A stretch of 64,000 nucleotides of DNA from Flavobacteriales bacterium. Its GTDB lineage: Bacteria > Bacteroidota > Bacteroidia > Palsa-965. The stretch is taken from contig JBEIPA010000008.1 of the NCBI GenBank assembly GCA_040377305.1, positions 139,685 through 203,684 of the forward strand. Direction: 5' to 3'. Positions within the stretch are counted from its first letter, which is position 1. Every line of letters begins with the position of its first letter. The position numbers were made by a program, and so were the translations under genes. Under the pieces are notes generated by a model, which did no database searches, was not told the origin of the DNA, and saw only the letters and a program-made list of their open reading frames with translations. Below are positions 9,371-20,473 of this stretch, one piece after another.

Positions 9371-10427
9371 ATTCAGTTACTTGGAGGTTAAAATCTTCTG
9401 CGTCATCATGAAACGCAATTTCAATCGGAATGTAGTAAAGCGGAAGATCGCCGATGTATTCTTTGAGTCCCGGTTTCTCCAGACGCATCGCATCCTTCTC
9501 GGTCATCAGCACAATCTTCTTATGATTCGTGTTAGCTTTAAACAATTCCTGCAAACGTAGCAGATCGGCAGGAGAAAACTCGTAATGATCACGAAATTTA
9601 TACGGGATCAATTCCTTGACCTGATCCTGAAGATAATATTGAAGCGAATCTGCGTTGGCGATACCCGTCATCAGGAAAACAGTATAGCCTTCGCTTGCAA
9701 TCTGTTCACGAGGAATTTCGTTCAGTCCTTCCATGCCTTTCAACGGAATGATATTGCCATAGCGAATCGTAGAGAAATAAATTTTCTGGTACGGTTCAGC
9801 TTTCAGATCTTTCATCACACGTTTTCGCTCAAGCGGAGAAAACATCTCAGGCGTTTTCGTCACGATGATAATGTCGGCACGCTTCGATCCTCGTTTTGAT
9901 TCCCGAAGATTCCCGGTTGGAAGAATATAATCTTCGTAATACAGCTGCGAATAATCGGTAAGCAGAATCTGCAAGCCGGGTTTAATTCGCCTGTGCTGAA
10001 AAACATCGTCGAGTAGAATCACCTGACGATCCGGAAATTGTTCACGCAGTTTTTTCACACCACGCACACGGTTTCCATCTACAGCCACAGGAACGTCCTC
10101 CGGAAAACGGTGACGAAATTGTTTGGGCTCGTCACCAATATCCAAAGTCGTCATGGAACGATCGGCAACAAGAAATCCAGAAGTCTTTCTTCCGTAGCCG
10201 CGACTCAGTGTTGCAATTCGGTACTTCGGGTGCAGCAACTTCACGAGATATTCAACGTGCGGGGTTTTTCCTGTTCCGCCAACTGTAAGATTTCCCACTC
10301 CGATCAAAGGAATATCACGAAACTCTGTCACTGGAAAAATTCCGAGATCAAACAGCTTGTTGCGAAGCCAGGTAGCAAAGCCGTAAATTATGGCGATTGG
10401 GAAAGCGAGTATGCGGAGAAGTTTCAC
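9330..10427 (-). CDS. lpxK: Tetraacyldisaccharide 4'-kinase
   Basis: 'VGNLTVGGTGKTP', 'LSRGYGR', 'GDEP', 'LLDDVFQHR', 'TEKDA'. GTG start lies 5 nt after TATCTTCG. Confidence 0.95.
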   Translation of the reverse strand: MKLLRILAFPIAIIYGFATWLRNKLFDLGIFPVTEFRDIPLIGVGNLTVGGTGKTPHVEYLVKLLHPKYRIATLSRGYGRKTSGFLVADRSMTTLDIGDEPKQFRHRFPEDVPVAVDGNRVRGVKKLREQFPDRQVILLDDVFQHRRIKPGLQILLTDYSQLYYEDYILPTGNLRESKRGSKRADIIIVTKTPEMFSPLERKRVMKDLKAEPYQKIYFSTIRYGNIIPLKGMEGLNEIPREQIASEGYTVFLMTGIANADSLQYYLQDQVKELIPYKFRDHYEFSPADLLRLQELFKANTNHKKIVLMTEKDAMRLEKPGLKEYIGDLPLYYIPIEIAFHDDAEDFNLQVTEYVRSHSINRKVSQ

Positions 10428-10614
10428 TAATGCGAAGATAGCGGTTAGGCCGGAGTTAAGCTGCCTGAAACGCAGACGTACTTCAATCTTACACGAAACA
10501 ATGGCCTTTCTACACAATTATACAATCACGATTTACTACTAGACCGTCAAAGGATATAATGAGTAAATTAGTTCATTCAGATCAGCTTGTCAACTTCCGA
10601 AGAACAGGATTCCA

Positions 10615-11475
10615 ATGAGAAAACTTCACACTATTTTCCTGTTCGCCACGTGTAGTTTTTCTGTTGGGTTGTTTGTTCAACAACTAACACCTGATCAATA
10701 CATTCCACTAGACGCTACACTGAGCAAAACGAAGAATGTTTCATTGGGTAAAGACGATTATTTAATAAAGAGAAACACGAAACCTGTGCCGGATATTAGT
10801 CGCAAGTTCATATTACTCGAAACCGGAGTTTCCAGGCTTTCAATTCCAAACCACATGCTGCAGCTCGATAGCACAGTCCCATCACAAGGATTGTACGCTC
10901 CGATTGTATCTTTCACTTGGGCCACTCAGAAAAGGTTGCATTGCTTCTTTAGTCAATCAGTGGTGATTGCGACGTTTGCACAGACAAGTTCTTATGGAAC
11001 GGGATATTCGAATGATCCGCACTCTCCGGGATATTCTGTAAAGGAACGTATCGCAATATTTTCACGACTGTCTTTCACGGGATGGACAGCTAATCTTAAT
11101 CTGGAATTTGGGAACAGATTTTACTGGGGAGCCAAGTTCTCTGCTGGACTTGGATTAGGAGGTTTTTATGACCGCTATTGGCAACATTATTACAAAAAAA
11201 CTACTTTCAGTCCTCAAGCCACTACCGTCTTAACTGAGGTAACCAGCGGAACAATGGCAGTTGGATTGGCATTCGCATTTTATGGCGGTGCTGCAATACA
11301 TCTAGGTTATGCCCTGAACGATCAATTCGCAATATCGTTTACAGCTGCAGAGAATATATGGTTATTGCCAGGTCACGCTTTGGTTGAGGGATATTACCTT
11401 GAAGATGGGATGATCGACAGGCTCGATCCTGTAGCACAGGTAGGAGTTCGCTATACTTTCCGTAAAACGGAGTGA
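10615..11475 (+). CDS. Hypothetical protein, probable outer-membrane beta-barrel
   Basis: 286-aa ORF with amphipathic strands and C-terminal 'QVGVRYTF'. Confidence 0.55.
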   Translation: MRKLHTIFLFATCSFSVGLFVQQLTPDQYIPLDATLSKTKNVSLGKDDYLIKRNTKPVPDISRKFILLETGVSRLSIPNHMLQLDSTVPSQGLYAPIVSFTWATQKRLHCFFSQSVVIATFAQTSSYGTGYSNDPHSPGYSVKERIAIFSRLSFTGWTANLNLEFGNRFYWGAKFSAGLGLGGFYDRYWQHYYKKTTFSPQATTVLTEVTSGTMAVGLAFAFYGGAAIHLGYALNDQFAISFTAAENIWLLPGHALVEGYYLEDGMIDRLDPVAQVGVRYTFRKTE

Positions 11476-11540
11476 GATTAATTTAAAGCTCTGCCACTTC
11501 CGCTTTCTCTGTTTGTACTCCTCTGGCCTATCTTTACCGG

Positions 11541-12638
11541 ATGAAAATCTCCGAAGTAATATCTAATCTCGAATCGTGGGCTCCGCCATCACTCCAGGAA
11601 TCGTACGACAATTGCGGACTCATCGTGGGTAATGCGCTTACGGAAATCACCGGCGTGCTTGTTTCTCTCGATTGCACAGAAGCCATTATCGATGAAGCTG
11701 TGAAGCATGGATGCAACCTTGTTGTTGCTCATCACCCGATTGTATTCTCCGGATTGAAAAAGTTCAACGGAAAAAACTACGTCGAGAGAACAGTTATTTC
11801 TGCAATCAAAAACAACGTAGCCATTTACGCCATTCACACCAATCTAGATAATGTTCACAACGGGGTGAACAAGAAAATTTCGGACGTGCTTGGATTGCAG
11901 AACGCAAAAATTCTTGCGCCGAAGTCGGGCTTGTTAAAAAAGTTTGTGACGTTTTGTCCGGCTGATTCTGCGGAGAAAGTTCGTGAGGCATTGTGGGAAG
12001 CAGGCGCAGGCACCATTGGAAATTACGACAAAGTGAGTTACAATCTGGATGGAACGGGAACGTATCGCGGTAATGAGCACTCGAATCCGGTTGTTGGTGA
12101 AAAAGGAAAGATGATGCGTGAACCGGAAGAGCGAATCGAAATCATATATGCAACTCATCAGGAAGGAAAAATTCTGCAGGCGTTGCGCGCTTCACATCCG
12201 TACGAGGAAATTGCATACGATCTTTACCCGATGACTAATCAGTGGCAGCAAGTGGGCTCCGGAATGGTCGGTGATCTTGCCGTTCCTTTGGGTCAGAATG
12301 AGTTTTTAGGTCTGGTTAAAACCATGCTCAAGGCGCCCGTGATCCGGTACACACCAACGCCCGGAAAACAGATCAAAAAAGTGGCAGTTTGTGGTGGATC
12401 GGGCAGTTTTTTGCTTCCGGATGCAATTCGGGCCGGGGCTGATGCATTCGTCACGGCCGACTTCAAATACCACCAGTTCTTCGACGGGGAAGGAAAAATC
12501 CTGATTGCTGACGTGGGACACTTTGAAACTGAGCAGTTTACAATTGACCTTATCAGCGACAGGCTAAGGGAATTTATCACTACATTTGCAGTCCGCAAAA
12601 CGGAAATTGTCACAAATCCGATAAATTACCACGTATGA
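11541..12638 (+). CDS. Nif3-like dinuclear metal centre protein (YbgI family)
   Basis: 'ESYDNCGL', 'AHHP', 'HTNLD', 'VCGGSG', 'GHFETEQ', with a PII-like insert. Confidence 0.95.
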   Translation: MKISEVISNLESWAPPSLQESYDNCGLIVGNALTEITGVLVSLDCTEAIIDEAVKHGCNLVVAHHPIVFSGLKKFNGKNYVERTVISAIKNNVAIYAIHTNLDNVHNGVNKKISDVLGLQNAKILAPKSGLLKKFVTFCPADSAEKVREALWEAGAGTIGNYDKVSYNLDGTGTYRGNEHSNPVVGEKGKMMREPEERIEIIYATHQEGKILQALRASHPYEEIAYDLYPMTNQWQQVGSGMVGDLAVPLGQNEFLGLVKTMLKAPVIRYTPTPGKQIKKVAVCGGSGSFLLPDAIRAGADAFVTADFKYHQFFDGEGKILIADVGHFETEQFTIDLISDRLREFITTFAVRKTEIVTNPINYHV

Positions 12639-13462
12639 ACATGACGAAGGCGAAAAAGGCCGATGAGAAATCGGACATCCCGGTAGAAGAAAAACTCAAA
12701 GCACTTTACGAATTACAACAGATCGATTCACAGATCGACCGTATCCGTACAGTACGTGGAGAATTGCCGTTGGAAGTTCGCGATCTTGAGGACGAAGTAG
12801 CAGGTTTGCAGACGCGTGCAAACAACCTCAACGACGAAATCAAGGCGTTGGAAGATTCAATCAACGATAAGAAAAACGTTTCGAAAGACGCGTTAGCTGC
12901 AATTAAAAAATATGAAGGTCAGCAAGGGAAAGTTCGCAACAACCGCGAGTTTGATTCCCTGAGCAAAGAGATCGAGTTTCAGAACCTCGAGATTCAGCTT
13001 GCTGAGAAGCGTACTAAAGAGTTCAAAGCTCAGATCGCTGCGAAAAAAGAAATCATTGACGGTTCACAAGCTACTCTCGACGAGCGTAAAGAAGATTTGC
13101 GTTTGAAGAAAGAAGAGCTCGAAGACATCGTTGCAGAAACACGCAAGGAGGAAGAAGAATTGCTTGAGCACTCAAAAGTTGCTGAGCAGAAAATCGAAGC
13201 TCGCTTGCTGAATGCATACCAACGCGTTCGCCAGAACGTTCGCAACGGCCTCGCTGTTGTACACGTACAGCGTGATGCTTGCGGAGGATGTTTCAATAAA
13301 ATTCCACCACAGCGCCAGTTGGATATCCGTACACACAAGAAAATTATCGTGTGCGAACATTGCGGACGCATCTTGGTAGATGCTGATTTCCTACTCGGAA
13401 ACGGTCGCCCGGTTGAGCCTGTAGTTGAGAAGAAAGTTACTCGCTCACGCGCTACAAAATAA
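12635..13462 (+). CDS. Coiled-coil protein with C4 zinc ribbon (DUF164 family)
   Basis: Long coiled coil, 'CGGCF..IPPQ..CEHCGRIL'; usual partner of Nif3-like genes. Confidence 0.92.
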   Translation: MNMTKAKKADEKSDIPVEEKLKALYELQQIDSQIDRIRTVRGELPLEVRDLEDEVAGLQTRANNLNDEIKALEDSINDKKNVSKDALAAIKKYEGQQGKVRNNREFDSLSKEIEFQNLEIQLAEKRTKEFKAQIAAKKEIIDGSQATLDERKEDLRLKKEELEDIVAETRKEEEELLEHSKVAEQKIEARLLNAYQRVRQNVRNGLAVVHVQRDACGGCFNKIPPQRQLDIRTHKKIIVCEHCGRILVDADFLLGNGRPVEPVVEKKVTRSRATK

Positions 13463-13506
13463 TTGACAGTTGTGCCGAAAGGCACTCTGCAGTCAAAGTA
13501 AATAGG

Positions 13507-13541
13507 AAGAGGAATCGTGAAAGCGGTTCCTCTTTTTGTTT
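13507..13541 (+). terminator. Intrinsic terminator
   Basis: AAGAGGAATCG-TGAAAG-CGGTTCCTCTT followed by a T tract. Confidence 0.7.
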
Positions 13542-13659
13542 AAGTAACTTCCTTGGAGCGGTGCGAAATTATTTCAAGTAGCAGATACACGCTGCACGAT
13601 GACATTCGGGGAAGGTGAAAAATTTATCGAACATCTTCTCGAACAGATGAAGCAATAAC

Positions 13660-13712
13660 CGTTGCTTACATCATTATCGCCGTTCCTTACATGTGGCGTG
13701 CGTACGTTACAT
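13660..13712 (+). promoter_or_regulatory. Three 12-bp direct repeats (CGTNNNTTACAT), LytTR-like operator candidate
   Basis: Copies at 13660, 13681 and 13701 (21/20-bp period) upstream of a T9SS gene. Confidence 0.5.
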
Positions 13713-13765
13713 GTGCCGAGGTGATGCGATAATAGAGAGTTAGGTTTAACAAATAAACCTACTCT

Positions 13766-15967
13766 ATGAAAACAACAAACTCAAAATCTAAATGGCTAAG
13801 CCGTGCAACGTTATTAATTGCGCTGGTAGCAAGCACACTCACTCATGCGCAGGCGCCATGCGATGTCTACGATTGTAACGCTGCTCCAGGACCATGGACC
13901 CAAGTGGGCACAGGTGTCTCACTTAGCGGTACCAATATTTCCATGTCCGCGGCGGGATCTGGTGGACCTGCACGATATGTGCACACAACCCTAACTGGTG
14001 GTGTGCTCAATAACAATTGGGTATGCGATTTCGAATTCAAGGTAAGTAGTGGTTCGGGACCCGCTCATTCTTTAGTTTCGTTTACGGAAGGGTCAGGTGC
14101 AGGTGTCGTGAGCGCTCATGGTTATTGGTCTGGTGCAACTTTTCAGTATTACCGGACACATTGCATAGAAGCATATCTGATCGCTCCATACGGCACCTCA
14201 AATCCTAATTCGTGGGAACTGCGCGGGCAATCAAAATTGCGTGTGGGTGGTGCATATGGATCCACTACGACTACGCCAATTCCATGGGCAAGTTCAGCTC
14301 CCATTTCTCTTGGGCCGAGTTGGAGCAGTTCAAAAATATACTACGGACGTTTGCAACGACTCGATGCGACCCACGGTCTAATAAGTCTATTTTCCGATCC
14401 TTTGCGCACGGTATCGATGGGATCACAATGCTTTCCAATTGATCCAGGTATAACAGGACTCACAGCTGTTCAGAACGGAACATTTGCTGAAGGATCGGTG
14501 GGTCGGTGGGTTACGGGTAGTGTGGATAATATCAGCGTGTGTAAACTTTCTCCAGTGATAAGTGGACCAACTTCCATTTGTGCTTCTGGTACGGGTGTAT
14601 TCACGATGTGGAGTGGAAACTCGGCCATTACGGGTGGTATAAATGGTTTTCCCGGATCCACTGGTATTACATGGTCAGGAGGATCTTCTTACTCACCCGG
14701 TCCAGGTGGAATTTCGAGCACAAGTCCTCCCGGACTTCACAATGAATGCACCATTAGTATGACTGCTACCGGATGGATCAGTTGTACAATTAACTATCCA
14801 TGTGGTGCTTCCGTTACCTATTCCAAATACGTCATCGTAAATCCGCTGCCCACCTCCGTCATAACGGGCCCAGCTATGTTCTGTGCAGGTGCACCAATCC
14901 TACTCAATGGATCCGGATCAACCAATGAAACTTCACACCGCTGGAAAGTAATTGAAACAGATGCATTCGGAGTGCCAGTTGCTGGTGCTTTATGGTGCGG
15001 TTATCCTACATGGACTCCTGGACCGGCAGGTTCGGTGAACATTTCTGCAATTCTACCTTGTTTATTTCCTTGTGGCAAACATTACAAAGCACGACTAGAA
15101 ACACAAAACAGCTGCGGTAATGGTTCTGCTGAACACATATTTTTTGTGGCTTGTCCTCCAACTATCACAGTAACAGGTCCACCAGCGATCTGTGCAGGAT
15201 CATGTGCTACGCTGACCGCTTCTGGTGCAAGTCCGTTCTCGTATGTGTGGAGTCCATCAACCGGGCTCAGTTGCACCAATTGTGTGAGTCCGACGGCATG
15301 TCCAACATCAACTCAAGTTTATACTGTGCAAGGGACTTCTCTATTTGGTTGTACGGGTACTACAACCTATACACTGAATGTGAATCCAACCCCTACAGTT
15401 ACACTTGGTCCGGATATGTTTATCTGCTGTAGCAATTACTCGAACATCGACACCATCCCTCCTCCTACCGTAACCGGAGGTACCGGTCCATATTCATGTG
15501 TATGGACGTCGACTCCTGCCGCTGCCACCAGTATGTTGGCGTGTTCTCACTCGGGAGCGCATACGGGTACAACTTGTCACGCTCCAATGTTTCTCTGGCC
15601 TTGTCCTACATCTCCAATAACGTATACAATGACAGTTACGGATGGAAACGGTTGTACCGGGATGGATGTTATTGTTCTCACGAATGATCCTGGCTGTCGC
15701 ATGGCACAACACGCAATCGACGATCAAGATGACACGCATCCAGCTTCGATCTTCCCTAACCCTGCCACCAAACTAATCACGGTGAACACTACAGAGGTTG
15801 CGAATCAGATCTTCATTACGGATGCAATGGGACGTTCTGTACTAACGGTACAACCAGTAGCTGAACAAACACAGATTGATATCAGCACACTGTCGCCTGG
15901 AATTTACTTCGTGCAGATCATGCAAGGTGAAGTCATTCAGACGGAACGATTGATCATTGAAGAATAA
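13766..15967 (+). CDS. Cys-rich T9SS type A cargo protein (Ig/PKD-like modules)
   Basis: Signal peptide, repeated 'ICAG..LTASG..Y.WSP.TGLSC' modules, CTD 'IFPNP..PGIYFV..RLII'. Confidence 0.85.
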   Translation: MKTTNSKSKWLSRATLLIALVASTLTHAQAPCDVYDCNAAPGPWTQVGTGVSLSGTNISMSAAGSGGPARYVHTTLTGGVLNNNWVCDFEFKVSSGSGPAHSLVSFTEGSGAGVVSAHGYWSGATFQYYRTHCIEAYLIAPYGTSNPNSWELRGQSKLRVGGAYGSTTTTPIPWASSAPISLGPSWSSSKIYYGRLQRLDATHGLISLFSDPLRTVSMGSQCFPIDPGITGLTAVQNGTFAEGSVGRWVTGSVDNISVCKLSPVISGPTSICASGTGVFTMWSGNSAITGGINGFPGSTGITWSGGSSYSPGPGGISSTSPPGLHNECTISMTATGWISCTINYPCGASVTYSKYVIVNPLPTSVITGPAMFCAGAPILLNGSGSTNETSHRWKVIETDAFGVPVAGALWCGYPTWTPGPAGSVNISAILPCLFPCGKHYKARLETQNSCGNGSAEHIFFVACPPTITVTGPPAICAGSCATLTASGASPFSYVWSPSTGLSCTNCVSPTACPTSTQVYTVQGTSLFGCTGTTTYTLNVNPTPTVTLGPDMFICCSNYSNIDTIPPPTVTGGTGPYSCVWTSTPAAATSMLACSHSGAHTGTTCHAPMFLWPCPTSPITYTMTVTDGNGCTGMDVIVLTNDPGCRMAQHAIDDQDDTHPASIFPNPATKLITVNTTEVANQIFITDAMGRSVLTVQPVAEQTQIDISTLSPGIYFVQIMQGEVIQTERLIIEE

Positions 15968-15985
15968 CACAACCAGATAAAACGT

Positions 15986-16018
15986 AAACGTCCGGAAGAT
16001 TATACTTCCGGACGTTTT
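15986..16018. terminator. Bidirectional intrinsic terminator
   Basis: AAACGTCCGGAAG-ATTATA-CTTCCGGACGTTT between convergent genes. Confidence 0.85.
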
Positions 16019-16040
16019 ATTTTTTTACATCAGTTGATCA

Positions 16041-17507
16041 TTACTCCGTCACCGGCTGTTCGCCAAAGCGAAAACCAACCGTAAGCAGAACATTGATTGA
16101 CTTCCACTTGTTCTCTACCGGTTTTGCCAGCGACTGATCATAGAAGAAATAATTCTCCGTGTAACGCTGTGATACAAATCCAAGATCAACATAGAATGCA
16201 TCGTTCGGATCGCGGTAACCCACACCACCTGTGATATACAAGCGGGCAACTTCGTTATTCACTTGCGGATTATACGGTGATCCATAGTAACCCATCCCTG
16301 CACGAACACTAAACGGAACAAATTTCATTTCTACACCCGCACGGATATTGCTCGCAGCTTTGTACTTCATTCGCACCTGCGCATTCTCGTCGAAAAAATT
16401 GTAGTCGGTCGATTTGAGTTTGCCGTCTGAGTAATCGACCATCTCATATTCCGCACTGATGAGCGCAAACTTTCCTACCACAACCGCAACGCTACCGGTC
16501 ACACGCATTGGTGTACGAATGGTGTAATTATAGTTTCCACTTGGCGATTCATACGCACGTAACGTATCACCAAGAATGGACTTCATCTTCGAGAAATACG
16601 TATCGCTGAGTTTCAAATTCGTTGGTGAAGCAAATGCAAGTCCCACTCGTAACCAATCTGTCGCACGGAATATCACTCCGGCCTTGAAGTTGATACCGCG
16701 GCCTTTAGTTTCGAGATACTGCTGAAACTCCAGATAGTCGAAATTCGAAACAGTATCGTACACTTCCTCTTCGGTGTAGAAAGTCGTTTCTTCATACTTC
16801 ACGGTGGGAATACCAATGCTCGCGCCGATGTAAAGTCGGTTATCGTAATTCGCGCCACCACCAAATGTCCACTCGCCCATTCCTCCGCGCATTTCAACCT
16901 GCTTGAACTGCCGAAGTGAATCTCCATCCGGAACACGATCGATGTAGTGAGTCGTATCCATGTACGGATCCATGAGATATGTTTCCCAGGCCAGACCTTC
17001 GTTGAAATAATCGAGACTTGAAGGACCAGTACCAGCTGCACTTCGGGTCCAACTGTCGAGCATTGAAGTGTTCGAAGTTCCGGTCATCATCAGATTCGCC
17101 TGGAACGAATTGGTGCGGTTGTATGAAATTCCCATGGCGAGCATCTGCCAGCCGTGATCGGTTCGTATTTCAGGACGGGTAGCAACAACAAAACCGAACT
17201 CATCAACTTTCATGTTGAAGCGTTGGTCGCTGCTCATTGTGTCGTTGTAAGTCGAATTTACCGTCATGTTGTAGAACGACGGCGTGAACGAGAAATCGCT
17301 TTTGCGGAACACAGCTATGCCGGCAGGATTGGTCGACATGGTTGAAACGTCGCCACCTAATGCACCGAATGCCCCGCCCATTGAAACGAACCGTGCTGTG
17401 CCGCCAAATCCCTGTCGGGAATAACGCAACACATCCTGTTCATTCTGACCAAATGCAAAAAGGGAAAGTAGTACGGAAGCACCGCACAGGATTAACTGCT
17501 TCATCAC
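16041..17507 (-). CDS. OmpP1/FadL-family outer-membrane transporter
   Basis: 'GTARFVSMGGAFGALGGD..NPAG' N-terminal motif and a beta-barrel C-terminus. Confidence 0.88.
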   Translation of the reverse strand: MMKQLILCGASVLLSLFAFGQNEQDVLRYSRQGFGGTARFVSMGGAFGALGGDVSTMSTNPAGIAVFRKSDFSFTPSFYNMTVNSTYNDTMSSDQRFNMKVDEFGFVVATRPEIRTDHGWQMLAMGISYNRTNSFQANLMMTGTSNTSMLDSWTRSAAGTGPSSLDYFNEGLAWETYLMDPYMDTTHYIDRVPDGDSLRQFKQVEMRGGMGEWTFGGGANYDNRLYIGASIGIPTVKYEETTFYTEEEVYDTVSNFDYLEFQQYLETKGRGINFKAGVIFRATDWLRVGLAFASPTNLKLSDTYFSKMKSILGDTLRAYESPSGNYNYTIRTPMRVTGSVAVVVGKFALISAEYEMVDYSDGKLKSTDYNFFDENAQVRMKYKAASNIRAGVEMKFVPFSVRAGMGYYGSPYNPQVNNEVARLYITGGVGYRDPNDAFYVDLGFVSQRYTENYFFYDQSLAKPVENKWKSINVLLTVGFRFGEQPVTE

Positions 17508-17520
17508 TCGTAAATTCTAA

Positions 17521-18822
17521 TTACCGCGGACGATTTCCGGCGCCACCTGCGTTATTTCCACCACCACCACCAGAACCACCATTGTCTCTTCCACCATTGT
17601 TGGCAGGCGCAGGAGAATTACCTCCATTGTTATCGCGACCACCCTGATAAGAAGGTGTAGGTTCCGGAGCTGTAGTATTGCTTGGACGACTGAAGTCTGG
17701 AGCCGGTGGTGTCTGGTCGCGTTGCTGCGAAGTACCGCCGTTCGAGAAATCAGGTGCTGCAGGAACACCGTTACCTTGCTGCTGTGTATTTGTCGTTGTT
17801 GGAACTCCATCGCGACCCACATTCGTACTTCCTGGCTGCGCATTTGTAGGTGCATTCGCATCGCGTCCTGTATTCTGCGCTTGCGTTGCTACATACGTCT
17901 CGCGCGTTACACGATTAACGTCTTCAATAGTTGCATCCTGAATTCCATGTGATTCAGCAATAGCCGTAGTGTAGCGCTCACCAAATGCCGGACCGCCCGA
18001 ACCAGCTACACGACCATCAGTCGCTGTTGGTTGATGACGTGGACCATAGTAGTCGCTATTCTCGTCGAATGAGTTGTAGTAATAGTTGTTATTGTTGCCA
18101 TTACCGTAATTGTTCCCGTTACCATAGCCGTAACCATTGCCATAGCCGTAACCATAAGGGTTATAACCATATCCATACGGATTGTACCCGTAATTGCAGT
18201 AACCACTATTCCATCCCGGATTGTAGCTGTAGTAAGGATTGTATCCCCAACCTTGGTTTGCCCATGGATCATAATATCCACCATAACCATAAGGATTGCC
18301 ATAATACATTCCCGTTCCCCATGCCCAACCACTGTTGTAATAGAAGTAGGCCGATGGGCAGTAGTTATACGCGTAAGCGGAAGGTCCCCAGAAGCTGTAG
18401 CTGTTGTACAAGCTTGTTCCGTAGTAATTCGGATTCTGGTTGTAGTAGTACGAGTTCGTGTAATAGTTGTCGTAATAGTTCGTCGCAGGAGCCGAAGAAT
18501 GGAAACGTCTCAGGCGTGCAGCGTATTCGTAATCGTAATAATCATCGTAGTCAAACGGCTGATCGTAATAGTCAGTACCCGGTGAAGTAGCCATTGCTTT
18601 GGCATTATTCGCCTGAATCTGTTTTTGAGCAGCCTCTTCTTCCTTACGTTTTTGATCAGCTTCTGCTTTTTTCTTCTCAGCAGCACGTTCTTTTTTCGCG
18701 TCCTTCATTGAGAAGTACACATCGTCCCCATCCTTCTGTTTCGAAAGATCCTTGAACGATTTGCAGGAACTATAGCCTATCAGCAATACTGAGGCTAAGA
18801 ATATTTTCACGGCAGTTTTCAT
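17521..18822 (-). CDS. Tyr/Asn/Gly-rich lipoprotein, divergent from proS
   Basis: Lipobox YSSC, 'DDVYF', '[13 protein letters not shown]', low-complexity Y/N/G tail. Confidence 0.8.
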   Translation of the reverse strand: MKTAVKIFLASVLLIGYSSCKSFKDLSKQKDGDDVYFSMKDAKKERAAEKKKAEADQKRKEEEAAQKQIQANNAKAMATSPGTDYYDQPFDYDDYYDYEYAARLRRFHSSAPATNYYDNYYTNSYYYNQNPNYYGTSLYNSYSFWGPSAYAYNYCPSAYFYYNSGWAWGTGMYYGNPYGYGGYYDPWANQGWGYNPYYSYNPGWNSGYCNYGYNPYGYGYNPYGYGYGNGYGYGNGNNYGNGNNNNYYYNSFDENSDYYGPRHQPTATDGRVAGSGGPAFGERYTTAIAESHGIQDATIEDVNRVTRETYVATQAQNTGRDANAPTNAQPGSTNVGRDGVPTTTNTQQQGNGVPAAPDFSNGGTSQQRDQTPPAPDFSRPSNTTAPEPTPSYQGGRDNNGGNSPAPANNGGRDNGGSGGGGGNNAGGAGNRPR

Positions 18823-18936
18823 TTGGATCAGATTACCTTTGAAATTCAGCAAATTCGCACAGGGGATGATAATGTGCTATTTTTGCATTCTATTCTAGTA
18901 AAGTTACAAAAATCATTCCAAAAAACACCCGGATTT

Positions 18937-20418
18937 ATGTCCAAGATATTGACAAGCCGCAGTCAGGATTACAGCCAATGGTACAATGATATTGTCATGA
19001 AAGCTGACCTTGCCGACCATTCTGCCGTCCGTGGCTGTATGGTCATTAAACCAAGCGGCTATGCTGTATGGGAAATGATGCAACAGGCGCTGGACAAGAT
19101 GTTTAAGGACACAGGACATGTCAATGCATACTTCCCGTTATTAATCCCGAAATCTTTCCTGAGCAAGGAAGCAAAACACGTTGCCGGATTTGCTCAGGAA
19201 TGTGCTGTTGTAACACATCATCGCCTGAAAACAGTTGGCGATACTCCTGAAACACGTCAGGTGGTTGTTGACGAGACTTCAAAGCTGGAAGAAGAACTGA
19301 TAATTCGTCCGACTTCGGAAACCATCATCTGGAATACATACCGCGACTGGATCAAAAGCCACCGCGATCTGCCTTTGCTCATTAACCAGTGGGCAAACGT
19401 AGTTCGCTGGGAAATGCGCACGCGTTTGTTTCTTCGTACTGCAGAATTTCTCTGGCAGGAAGGTCACACTGCGCACGCAACCAAAGCAGAAGCGATAGAA
19501 GAAACAGAAAAAATGCTTGGCGTGTATTCCGATTTTGCGGAACAGTTCATGGCTATCCCGGTGATACGCGGAATTAAGACGGAGAGTGAACGTTTTGCAG
19601 GAGCAGAAGAAACCTATTGCATCGAAGCATTGATGCAGGACGGAAAAGCTTTGCAGGCGGGAACATCCCATTTCCTTGGACAAAATTTTGCAAAGGCATT
19701 CGAAGTGAAGTTTGCAAATAGCGAGAACAAGCTCGAGTACGTTTGGGCAACCTCCTGGGGTGTTTCAACACGTTTAATGGGTGCGCTCATTATGAGTCAC
19801 TCCGATGATAACGGATTGGTTCTTCCGCCGAAGCTGGCTCCTACACAGGTAGTGATCGTTCCGATTTTCAAAACCGATGAGGAGCGTGCTGCTATTGGAG
19901 AAGCTGCTGAAAAGATCATGCTGGAACTGCGTGCGAAAAACATCACGGTGAAATTTGACAAGCGCGACAAAGAACGTCCGGGCTACAAGTTTGCAGAACA
20001 TGAGTTGCGCGGAATTCCTGTGCGACTTGGAATCGGACCAAAAGACCTTGCCAACGGCAGCGTGGAAATGGCTCGTCGCGACACACTGACTAAGGAAGTA
20101 GTTCCGATGGATGGTCTTGCTGACCGCATTGCGACGATGCTGGAAGATATTCAGTCATCACTATATAAGAGAGCACTTGAACGTCGGGAAGCAATGAGTC
20201 ACTACGTAAATACGTGGGAAGAATTCGAAGCGGCCCTCGACAAAGGCGGATTCATTTTCGCTCACTGGGACGGAACAGCTGCCACTGAAGCCAAGATTAA
20301 AGAAAGAACGAAAGCGACCATTCGCTGTATTCCTTTGAACAACAAACAGGAAGAAGGAAAATGTATTCTTACCGGTGCGCCTTCGAAAGAACGCGTTGTA
20401 TTTGCACGCGCGTACTAA
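18937..20418 (+). CDS. proS: Proline--tRNA ligase (archaeal/eukaryote-type)
   Basis: 'IRPTSET', 'QWANVVRWE', 'EFLWQEGHT', '[12 protein letters not shown]', C-terminal 'ATIRCIP..FARAY'. Confidence 0.97.
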   Translation: MSKILTSRSQDYSQWYNDIVMKADLADHSAVRGCMVIKPSGYAVWEMMQQALDKMFKDTGHVNAYFPLLIPKSFLSKEAKHVAGFAQECAVVTHHRLKTVGDTPETRQVVVDETSKLEEELIIRPTSETIIWNTYRDWIKSHRDLPLLINQWANVVRWEMRTRLFLRTAEFLWQEGHTAHATKAEAIEETEKMLGVYSDFAEQFMAIPVIRGIKTESERFAGAEETYCIEALMQDGKALQAGTSHFLGQNFAKAFEVKFANSENKLEYVWATSWGVSTRLMGALIMSHSDDNGLVLPPKLAPTQVVIVPIFKTDEERAAIGEAAEKIMLELRAKNITVKFDKRDKERPGYKFAEHELRGIPVRLGIGPKDLANGSVEMARRDTLTKEVVPMDGLADRIATMLEDIQSSLYKRALERREAMSHYVNTWEEFEAALDKGGFIFAHWDGTAATEAKIKERTKATIRCIPLNNKQEEGKCILTGAPSKERVVFARAY

Positions 20419-20449
20419 ACCTTAAAGGTTTTTAAAACCTTTAAGGTTT
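20417..20449. repeat. 33-bp near-palindromic REP-like element
   Basis: AAACCTTAAAGGTTTTTAAAACCTTTAAGGTTT; exact reverse complement of 30698-30730. Confidence 0.85.
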
Positions 20450-20473
20450 AACCGCGCAAACACACCCCATCGT

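Noticed and set aside
17985-18590. 201-aa Cys/His/Arg-rich ORF
   Set aside because: Antisense shadow of the Y/N/G-rich gene 17521-18822.
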